A stretch of 64,000 nucleotides of DNA from Lama guanicoe (Eukaryota). The stretch spans positions 20,047,082 through 20,111,081 of the forward strand of contig MU054323.1 in the NCBI GenBank assembly GCA_013239625.1. The letters are read 5' to 3'. Both the position numbers and the translations under genes were made by a program. This document shows, one piece after another, positions 50,507 through 61,169 of the stretch (its first letter is position 1; the number at the start of each line of letters is the position of its first letter). The notes beneath the pieces were generated by a model. The model was given only the letters and a program-made list of their open reading frames with translations. It searched no databases and was not told where the DNA came from.

Positions 50507-51683
50507 AAGGAAGACAACGAGCGTATGGTCCAGGAAGCTAAGAAGTACAAAGCTGAAGATAAGCAGTGGGACAAGGTATCTTCGAAGAATTTGCTTGAAT
50601 CTTGTGCATTAAACATGAAAGCAACTGTTGAAGATGAAAAACTTCAAGGCAAGATCAGTGATGAGGACAAACATAATATTCTTGACAAGTTGTTGTAATG
50701 AAATCATCAACTGGCTTAATAAGAACCAGACGGCAGAGAAGGAAGAATTTGAACATCAGCAGAGAAAGTTGGATAAAGTCTGCAACCCCATCATTACCAA
50801 GCTGTCTGGGAGGAATGCCTGGGGGCTTCCCTGGTGGTGGAGTCACTCTATCTCGTGGTGCCTTCTCTGAGCCCACCGTTGAAGAGGCTGATTAAGGCAA
50901 CCTGAGCATAGATTTAGCAACGTTCCACACAAAACACTGAAGGACCCAGATTTGTAGCAAATTCCATGGTAGCTTTAAAGTTGAGCTGCTGTAGTAAATA
51001 ACTGGGCATTCTTCAATTCTGACAACATGGATGGATCCTGAGGGCATGAGACTAAATGAAATACGTCAGACAAAAGACAAATACTAGATCTCACTTACAT
51101 GCAGAATCTTTTTCTTTAATAACCTCACAGAAAAACAGATCAGATTCGTGGTTATCAGACCAAAGGCAGGGGGTAAGGGGAGGAAGCACTGGAGGAAGGT
51201 GGTCAAAAGGTACCAATTTTCAGTTGTAAGATAAATAAGTACTCAGGATGTAATATACAACATGATGACTAGTTACCACTGCCGTAAGATATATAGGAAA
51301 ACTATTAAGACAGTAAACCCCAAATGCTTTCATTACAAGGAGAAAAAAATTTTTCCCCATTTCTCTTTATTTATATGAGATGACGGATGTTAACTAAATG
51401 CTTAATTTATATGAGATGACGGATGTTACTGTGGTATTCATTTCACAATATATGTAAATCAAACATTAATGCTGTACATCGAAACTTGTAATGACGTATG
51501 TCAATTATACATTATCAGTAAAACTGGGGGGAAAAAAACCAAGACATTCTTGATACTTGAATATGGAGTATGTGCAATGTGCATAGGGAGAAGAAATAGC
51601 ATTGCACTTCATGAGCACTGTATTGTAAGTGGAAAATGCAATGTCTTAAATAAAACTGTATTTAAAATTGGCACCAAGAAAAA
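50507..51683 (+). pseudogene. HSPA8: 5'-truncated processed pseudogene of HSPA8 (HSC70): C-terminal lid region plus 3' UTR, split by an L1
   Basis: Across frameshifts reads [61 protein letters not shown] / [37 protein letters not shown] / [11 protein letters not shown]...EPTVEEAD* (stop 50893-50895). HSPA8-like 3' UTR at 50896-51015 and 51543-51675, AATAAA at 51649-51654, then an A-rich remnant. No introns. Confidence 0.96.
51019..51540 (+). mobile_element. L1 3' UTR fragment inserted in the HSPA8 retrocopy 3' UTR
   Basis: GACAACATGGATGGATCCTGAGGGCAT...CTAAATGAAATA...GGTGGTCAAAAGGTAC...TGTCAATTATAC. Degenerate TSD GGCATTCTTCAAT / GACATTCTTGAT. Confidence 0.9.
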
Positions 51684-53921
51684 GATCTGTTAATGTAATA
51701 TAGTAAATTAATTTAATATATTTTCTAATAACCTGAAATAAACCCTGCATGGTCATGATGGATTTTTTAATACAATACCAGATTTAATGTGCTAATTTAA
51801 TTAGAATTTTAGCATTTTTGTTCTTGCAATTGGGCTTCTTTTTCTTCTTGTCCTCTCATCCAGTTTTGGTACTAAGGTTATATATAATATTTACAAAATG
51901 AGTCGAGAAACTTTTCCTATTTTTCTTCTCTCTTGAACAATTTGCATAACGGTTATCTTCTCCTACAAACCTGGCTCACATAACCATTTAGGCCTAGTAG
52001 CCTTTGTATGAGGTGGGACGGGAGCCGGCAGTTTTGACTATCTGTTCAGTTTTATTGTTATCGTCTATTCAAGTTTTCATTGTTTCCTGGGTCCGTTTAG
52101 TAATTTGTATTTTCTGGGAGGTTATCCATTCACCCAATTTTTCAAATTTCCTATCCCAGAATTGTTGATAGTACTCTTTTCATCAGTCGTGTCTCAGTAC
52201 AAGGAATAAGAACCACTGATTTAATACAACAAACTGGGTACTTAAAAAATTGTTAAAAGGGCTGGAGGAGTGAGCTCTGGGTGGAACCCAGAATAGTTTA
52301 GAACTGACCCTCCAGAGGAACTGCCAACTATGGCACCACCAGGAAGGTGGGGAGCCAGAGGCTGCCGTTGGGACAAGTGAATTCAGGAACACACAGCACT
52401 GGCTGCAATCCAGGATCAGGAATCCAGCTCTAACACTGCCTCCCAACGCTCTGACTCTAGTTCTGCCCGGACGGCCACCATCTACCAACAGCTTCAAAGT
52501 TGGATTCTGGATGCCAAGTCTCCATACCCTTGTCTGGCAGCCAAAGAACAGTGAGTTGGAAGCTGCAGGATCATGACCACTGCTTCTCTTTTGATGACCA
52601 AATCTCACACAAGCACAGCTACTGACAAAACCTAATTCTCATCTGGAAAGTTGGCTGAAATGCTGTTTTCAGCTTTCCAGCCTCTGTAGTCAGGAAGACA
52701 CATTGGAAGGAGGTGGAAATAACCGCCAACCTCCAGTCAACTGTATCTAATCCATCTCTCATGATTTTAAAAAATCTCTACTGTATATGGGGTTATGTGC
52801 AATCTGTTATTCTAAAATTGTTTACCTCTGCCTCCCCTCTTTTTTTCAATTGGTTTGCTAGGTATCTGCCTATTTTTCTTCTCAAAAAACCTGCTTTTGA
52901 AAGTTTTCTTGAGCCTCTTTTTTTGTTTTCTGTTTCATCAACAGAAACATCTGTTTTCATCTGTGCTTTTTATCTTTATTCTTTCATCCCTTCTGCATTC
53001 CTTGAGTTCAGTCTCCAGCCTTTTTGCTCTCTAGCCTTAAGCTGAACCCTAAATAGTATGCTTTCAATCTTCCTTTTTTCCTAGTAAATGCACTTTCTTA
53101 TCTGCAGCTCTCAATGTTATTTTGTATATTTTATAGGGTATTGTTGTCAGCATTTTTCTTAATTTCTCATTTGTCTTTTGACGTTGATTTGCTTATTATG
53201 GTGGCTTCCTTCTGTTCTCCTCTGCCCCTTCTTTTGTTTTGTTTTGTTTTCTACGCAGAACTTTGTGGTCAAAGTTGGAAAGGTTTTCTTCATTTCATAG
53301 CCATGAAAGAATTCCATGTTTCCTTCTAGTACTTTTATGGTTTTATGTTGTACTTTTATCTTTAATGTTTAACTCTTTGGACCTTTTCTGGTGTATGCTT
53401 TGTGGTAGGGATTCAACCTTTTTTTTTTCCCCAGATGGCTCCCTGATTGTCTCAATGAAATTTATTGAATAATGTATCTGTTTCCCCACTAATCTGAGAT
53501 AGTTCTTTTAACATATATATTTTCTTATGTATTTTGATCCTTTAAAATTTTTTATTCTGTTTCGTTACTTTGCCTTTATTCATTCATCAATACTTCATTG
53601 TTTTTTGAGTTTGTGTGCTTTAAGATCTCACAGGGCTATTTCTCATTCATTGATCTACTTTTTCCGCCTTCCACACTGTTCTTATTTCCATATAAATCAC
53701 AACATCAGCATTTCTAGTTCTAAATAAGAGTTAGTTAGCATTTTTATTGCTCCTGCATCACTTTCATAAATTAACTTTGTGATGTTGAGCTTTCTGATCC
53801 AAGAATATGGAATGTTTTTCATTTGTTCAGGTCTCCTATGGTGTCCTTCAGTGGTATTTAAAAGTTTTCTTCGTAAGGATCTTAGATATTTCGTATTAGG
53901 CTGATTCTTAGGTATTTGTGT

Positions 53922-54525
53922 TTGATATAGTCAACTGGCACTTGACATTCATTCCTACCAAATTCTCTGTTCCCCTCTCAGTTACAGGGGCTGAAAGGCA
54001 AAAAACAATCACATTTTCCAGACTGTGACAGCTAGAGTTCTGCATATGACTTAGCTTTGATCAATCATATACATACACACAAGAGCAGGAAAGTGGAAAG
54101 GGGTCGCAGACCCTGCAGTTGATGCTGTGGTGGCTGAAGGTGAGGTTGGATTGAGTGTTTACACTCCGTGGACTCCAGTATCTAGTCACCACCTGTAAGG
54201 ACATGAGGAAATTGTGGTGGCAGCAGCAGTGACAGCTTCCTCACCTCTGAATTATGGCTATGATTATTTGACTTGGAAATCATTAATTCCGTGACACTCC
54301 TCAACTTTATATATCTTTCAAATTTTATCTAATAAAGACTCATATAGCACATACCATCTGTCAGAAACTAGTATACACAATTTTTAAAAATTATATCTGT
54401 GATTACTTAACATTACCTCCAACCCTGGCAATGATTTTGCAAGCATCTAATTCCATGTATTGCTTTGTGCTTTGAAATACGTGGGAGTGGTTTTGGTTTC
54501 CCAAATGGAACCCTGACTGATTCAG
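53922..54525 (+). mobile_element. Old ERVL solo LTR (LTR33/LTR16-like)
   Basis: CACATTTTCCAGACT...CAGCTAGAGTTCTGCATATGACTTAG...; ends GTGGTTTTGGTTTCC...GAACCCTGACTGATTCA; TG...CA termini. Confidence 0.65.
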
Positions 54526-56598
54526 TATTTTATTCTTTGTGACACAACTGGATAATAGGATCTTCCTCTGTCATTACATCTTCTATTTGTGTTTGTAAAC
54601 ACAAAGATGACTATCAATTCTTTGGACAGCTGTGTTAAAGCTTCCCATTATAATTCTCAATTTGTCAAATTCTACTAGGTTTGCTTTAAGTATTTTAATG
54701 ATCTTTTGTGAGGTGTAAGGTACATGGTTCTTATAATTTATTGGTAGATTATTTCTCTCAGTCATATAAAATAACTTTTGAGCATATTAATTCCTGTGGT
54801 CTGATACTATTATTATATTTTACATATAAAATTACATTGTTTTACATCAACTTTCTTTAGGATAGTAATTGGTTTTTTTTTTTTTAAAAAAGACAAAACA
54901 TTCATATAGTTCAAAATGTAAAATGTTATCCAGTGGTGTCTTTCTTCCATCCCTGACCCCAGCTATTCAGTTCTCTCTCCCAGTGGAATCTGGAATATCA
55001 TTTTCCACCCCTTAAGTTTTAACCTTTCCATGTCAAGTTTTTTTAGAAGTATTTTTTATAAACAGTATGTAGCTGGAATTTTCAAAATCCAATAAAAGAA
55101 TCTCATCTTTTAATAGAGGAATCTAACCTCATTATGTTAATTGATTACTAATATATTTGGATGTATATTTGCCATCTCATTTTTTCTATTTACTATACTT
55201 ATTTTTTGCTTTTCTCTCTTCCTCTCACCTTCTACTGAACTGATAAAATTTTATTCCATTTTTCTTCCTCTATTGATTAAGAAGCTATATTGGGTTTCTA
55301 TTCTTCTAGTGAAGAATTGCTAGCTTGCTTTTAAACACACACAAAAAATTGTTGCTAAAATAATAATTATTACAGTCAAAGTTTGCCAACATGGTCTAGC
55401 AATTTCTCTTCTTTGTTCTTCTGGGATCATGCACTTTCTTTTTGGATTCATTTTTATTCCTGCTGAAGTATAGTTTTTAGCTGTCCTTCCAGTAAGGGTC
55501 TAAAAAGGAACTTTTTTCATTTTGGTAGTAAGTTCTCTTAGTTATTTCATGTCTTAAAATATCTCTATTTTACACACACTATAGATAATTTAGCTGGGTA
55601 TAGAATTCTACATCCAAATTATTTTCCCTCAGTACTTTTAAGGTGTTATTTCATTGTCTTTCAGTAACTATTTGTGCTAAGAAGCAGCATACTGTTATTG
55701 TGACTGCCATTCCTTTCTAGACAATCTGTCTTTTCCCTCTGGTAGCTTTTATGATGGTTCTCTTTATTCCTAACATTTTTTTGGTTTAATCACAGTATTC
55801 CAAGTGTAGTTTGTTTCCTCCTTCTTTTGTTTCATTCTTATTTATTTTTGTAATCTGCCTCATCATTGAGTGTTTTCAATCTGATAACATGAGTCCTTCT
55901 TAAATCTTGGAAAATCCTCATCTATTCTGTCTTCAAATATTGCCTCTTTTGCACACTTTCTGTTCTCTCCTTCTGGAACCCCTAGTTCACATAAGCTGAA
56001 GCATCTCAGTCTACCCTCTATTGCCTTTCTGTTCTGTACTCCAAGAGGTTTCCTCAGTTCTATCTTCCAATTTAATAATTCTCTCTTTGAATCTGTCCAG
56101 CCAAGTAGTTTTTAATTTCAATGGCTATATTTTTCATATATACTGTTTTTGTCTTGTTGTCTCTAGATCGTACTCCACCAATACTAGTCCCTCCGTTATA
56201 GCTAAGCATTTTAAATATACTTTTTATTTTAAAATCTTTTGGATTGGCCTATTATTTCTACTTCCTGATAAAACTTCTCCCACTTGTTGAATTTGTTGAT
56301 TCTCTTCCATAAGGCTGGACTGCAAGTGCTTTCTAATTTATATTTGAGAGATTATCTTGGGAATTTTGTCCTCCTATGCCCCTTTCTGTCAAGTGGTTCC
56401 TCTGGTGTTATGATCCAGCCTGAGCAGGTGCAGGAAGCTGAGCCAGACCTCCCATTAGGACTCATGGCTCTTGCCCCACCCAGATAGTGTGATTACAGAC
56501 CCTTTATCAGCTCAGGGAGGCCTCACATGTATAGGTATCTTTCCTTCCTCCATGGCCACAGACAAATGTCATATTTCTGGTTTCAACCCTAAAGTAAT

Positions 56599-56982
56599 TG
56601 TATCATTGCTACCAAATATTCACTGCCCCTCCCTATAGGAGGATTATGTTTCCTCATCCCAGTAATGTCAGGCTGGGTCATGTAACTAGTTTTGTCAATA
56701 AAATGTGAATTAAAATGAAGTGTGACACTACCAAGCAGAAGCTGTGAGAGTCTGCGTGTGTCCACCATCTTCTCTTTTCCTCTATCACAAGAAGAGAAAC
56801 ATCCCAGGCAATGAATATGCCTTCATCCTGGATCCTGAAATGAAGAGGAAATGGCATCGAATCATTGCCAACCTGTGAAAAACATGTAACATGAGTAAAA
56901 CATGAGGTTTGTAGTAGTAAAAAATTCAGATTTGGGGGTTGTTAGTTATCATTGCATGACTTAGCCCAGGGTGATGGATACA
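56599..56982 (+). mobile_element. MaLR solo LTR (MLT1H/I/J-like)
   Basis: TGTATC start; ATGTCAGGCTGGGTCATGTAACTAGTTTTGTCAATAAAATGTGA; AGATTTGGGGGTTGTTAGTTA; ends GATACA. Confidence 0.78.
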
Positions 56983-57087
56983 AACTTCAAGCTGTCAAAT
57001 ACAACCACATTTTAAAAATATTTTGTAGCATATTTTATATAACTTCTAAGTGCTTAGAGTAGATACAGAAATTTCATGGTCACTGTG

Positions 57088-57560
57088 GTTTTCTTTTATT
57101 GTAGTAAAACATACATAAAATTTACCATTTTAACCATCTTTAAGTGTACAATTCAGCAGTATTATGTACATTCAAAATGTTGTGCAATCATCATCACTAC
57201 TCATTTCTAGAACTTTTTCATCATTCCAAACAGAAACTCCATACCCATTAAACAGTGATTCCCCATTCCTTTCACTCCCAGCTCCTGGTAACCGCAATTT
57301 TCTGTTTCTATGGATTCGTGTATTCCAGGCACCTCACATAAGTGAAACCATACAATATTCATCCTTTTGCATCTGGCTGACTTCACTTAGTATAATGTTT
57401 TCACAGTTCATCCATGTTGCAGCATGTATCAGACTTTCATTTCTTTTTAAGGCTCAGTAATATTCCATTTGTGTGTGTGTGTATGTGTGTACTCTACATT
57501 TTGTTCATTCATCTGCTGATGGACATTTGAGTTGTTTTTATCTTTATGGCTATTGTCACT
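57088..57560 (-). mobile_element. L1MA/L1MB-like 3' end, antisense
   Basis: ATAAAATTTACCATTTTAACCATCTTTAAGTGTACAATTCAG...TTCATCCATGTTGCAGCATGTATCAG; homologous to 25770-26220. Confidence 0.9.
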
Positions 57561-60500
57561 GTGCTTTCTTGATCTAGTAGTAGCCAAATACATTCTAGGA
57601 AAAGGCCTGAAATATTGCACAACAAACCACCATCAGTGGGTGCCTGTTGGGTTCAATACAGAATGGAAAAAATTTTTACTGATTTTTTATATTCATTACA
57701 TTTTCTTTTAGTTACAATAATTTTATGCGCTTTTAAAAATAGTTTCAGAAATAAATGTTTCCTTTTGCTCAGAAGGAGAATGAACAAGACGCACAACGAA
57801 TTGCTGCAAATATGTTTTTTAAAATTATTAGTAAAAGCTCAGGGTGGTTCCACTAGTTGGTCAGCCACAGAATCTCCACAAATGAAGACAAGCATTTACT
57901 AAAAATTAAAAGCACACTGCAGGAAACTGTGTATGACTAAATGAGACTCTTGCACATAACACTATCACTTTTCCCTCCTATTCTTCCGGTTGAGATTTTA
58001 TAGTCCTTAATGATTAATGGTTATTATTCATGACAGTCCCTTTCAAACAAAGCTGAAGCCACATTCCCTGAGTCTAAATGTGATTAAGAATATACTCAGT
58101 TTCAGTTACATCATTTGTAGTAAAACGTCACCGTTGTGGAACTGCCCTTGGTTTTTAACTGAAACGTGATTTCTGCTATTAACAGGCCCGTGGGACCTTC
58201 TCATGTGCTGTGATTTCCCAAGTGATCAGAAGACAGTTCAAATGGTGCTTCCTAATACCTTGGAAAAGGTTGGACTCAAGGAAATGGAAACTTTGAATCA
58301 AAGGTTTGCTAAATCAGAGTCGGAACGCCTGGCCTTAGCGCCCAGCTACTTTCACCTTCCACTCAGTACAACTTGAACCGTCAGCCCTTTGACTAAAAGC
58401 AAAGATCCTCCATTTAGTTCATGCGCTGGGCCTGCTGGACGTAGCTGCAAACTGCTCACAACTAACCAACAATGGCACTGAGAAGAACAGTCACGTGCTT
58501 CAGGGCTAAATCCCAGAAGTGATTTCAAGGTCAGCTCAACTCACAAGCAGCCAGGCTACTGGTCGGTAGTAACCAGAGATTCCCGCACTACCACGGCGCA
58601 GTCTGTATAAAGTGAGTATTCAGTGTTAGAAGGCCTAGGATTAAATTTCAGCTCAGCCACCTAGGGCTCCTAGTCACTGAATCCAATGACTAGTTTTCAG
58701 TTTACCACTGACTGCTGGGAGGCATTTAACATCCCCACTTCCCTGCTGGGCCCCTGAACCTCCCATTCTCCTCTTGCCCCATTTGGCTGTCTCTTAGAGC
58801 TGAAACCAGGTTACTTCCTCTATTCTCACCAAAAACTGCTCACTCTTTCCCTCCGTCTGTCATCTTTGCTACTGGGTCCTCTCTCATCACTTCCTCCTGC
58901 CTGGAGGATGACTACAATAGTTTTCTAATTGGTCGTACTATCCCCAGTTTTTCTGCACCCTTGACTTACCTGAAAGAGTGATCCTCCTTAACGACAAACC
59001 TTGCCATGTCATTCCCCTGACTTTCGTCCTTCAATGGCTCTGTGTCTGCAGGGTAAAGTTATGAAACCTCCTTGGCTGACACATAAGACCTTTACTAATC
59101 TGGCCTCTGCCTACCAGACTGCATCCCTCACATGCTCCTCTATGTACCTGCCAACCAAGTGCAATCACCAGAACAAGCCACGTTGTCTTGCTTTGGTGCA
59201 TGCTAAACCCTCTAAGTGTCACAAAACCTTAAGGGCCTGTCTCCTCTAGCTGAACTTAAGAATCACCCTTCCAGAAAGCGTTCCCTGACTCCTAAGCTGA
59301 TTGAGGTGACCATCCTCCGAGATCCACAGTAGCCATTTCATAACCTGTATCCTCCCCCTAGACTTCTTAATGCTTTACTATTGGCCACTTTCCCCACCCG
59401 GAATGCCTCAAGGACAGAGCACAACATGTGTGTCTAGAGCAGAGCACAGAGAGAAAAGAGGCCAGGGGAAGAAAATAAAGCCAACTGATGACAAGAACTT
59501 GTTACCCCTGACAGGGAACTATGTGCTTATTTCCTCTCTTCCTCTTTCCTATAATTTTCTAGTATGCGGATTATACTATTTTCATACATTTTTTTAAAAA
59601 ATCAGTTCATTTTTAAAGATGTGTCCAATCTCTCCTACAGAGCTCCACTGAGATAACTTGCTCCCCAAGTCAAGTTTCTCTCTCCTCAGTACACCCTGGC
59701 TCAAGATCTCAAGCACCACAAATCCTTCAGAACTGAGCAAAGTACTTTGAAACACTTACTTCAACATTTTCAGGAGACAGAAGGACCACCCACACACTTA
59801 CAAATTCCTTGGCCTTGAAAAGGTTATGCTGTTCTAGTAGCTGAGTGCCAAAACCCATTTTCGGCTAAAACTTTGTCCCAACTCACTGCATTCACTGCCT
59901 AACACAAATGAAGAGGTACGTTCACAGAACTTGCTTGAGATGTAATGAAGGTGAAGAGGATGGAACTTCTCAGTGATGTATCTATCCGTCTGTCAAACTG
60001 AGACATCGATGAAAGATAGGAAAAAAAGACCTCTTAGAATTCTTCCCCTGTTTTTTCACCAAAATATTATCTTCACAGATATCAAAAATTTCAACCATGC
60101 ACACTAGCTTGTAATTTTTTTAATTTGTGAGAAAGAAGCCAAGCATATAATGTTCAGTCTGACATCTGCTATTATTTTCCCTTAAAAGAAAACAAAAATC
60201 TGATTAGTTCCAAAAATAAAACATAAAAATTCAGTTGAGGAGAAAACCCTGTGGCTTAGAAATCATCACTCTGATTAACAACGCATAAGTGTTACCTGAC
60301 AAATGGATTCCTATCTCAAAAGCAATTATCAACAAATTTCTCATGATCCCCACTGTTTTTATAGTTCATGCCAAGCTCTTGAAGTAATAACTTTAATAGC
60401 AATAAAACAAAGGAACCCTCGCCTCAGCACTAGAATGTTTCCCCCTTCAGTCAGCAGAGACCCTGGAATGAAGTGTTGGACTTGGGCTCAACAGTTGTCT

Positions 60501-61169
60501 GGGAAGGTATCTACTTCTCTGCCCTCAGAAGTCCTTGCATCTGCTCCTAGAGGGGCATCTTCACAATTAAGCCCACTGCTAGGACCTGCTGGGACAATCA
60601 GGACAAGCGGGGCCTCTGCTCTCCGGAAATCCTGCCTGAGACACGGGTGGCCTCCATCCTGGGGGTGACTTTGCCAGGCTGCTGGCAGTGCTGGAGCAAG
60701 ATGTTTCTGCCAGCGGGGCTAGAGCATCACCCAAATCAAAGAGCCACTGAAGTACAAGAACGTCAAATCTGGAAGGTGGAAGTGTGGGATGTGGGCAAGG
60801 ATCACACAGAGGAGAGAGACACCAAGGAGGAAGGGGAGGTGGGGAGGGTCATGTGGCCTTTTCACTAGGAAAACCAAAAGGGTCTGGCAGGCATTTGTGT
60901 CCCTGAGAACATACTGTAAACAAGCACAGCATTCAGAAGGTACAACGCCCAAGATTTTTTATTCAACTCAACACACAGTACGTGCCTGTGGATACCCATC
61001 ACCATCGCCTGGAAACTTACCTCACATAGATTATTTATGTTCTTACCAAAGAGAAGAGCACTTAAAAGGGAGAAAGAGAATGTGAAAGCAGGTCAGAGGA
61101 AGATCAAATGACTGATTCAAAGCCTCACAACCATCAGAGGCACCGTCACAGCCAAGAGACACCTTTTAT

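Larger units (their letters stand above)
48960..56300 (-). mobile_element. Long, old antisense L1M relic hosting several nested insertions
   Basis: T-rich with recurring antisense L1 phrases (TTGAATTTATAGATCAATTTGGG; TTTAACCACTGAGAATGA; TTTAGCTGGGTATAGAATTCTA; TCTTCAAATATTGCCTCT). Probably several fragments; boundaries approximate. Confidence 0.72.

Noticed and set aside
50492..50895. HSP70 ORFs as a functional small chaperone gene
   Set aside because: Split over three frames, lacks the ATPase and most of the substrate-binding domain, and has no promoter; it is a processed pseudogene.
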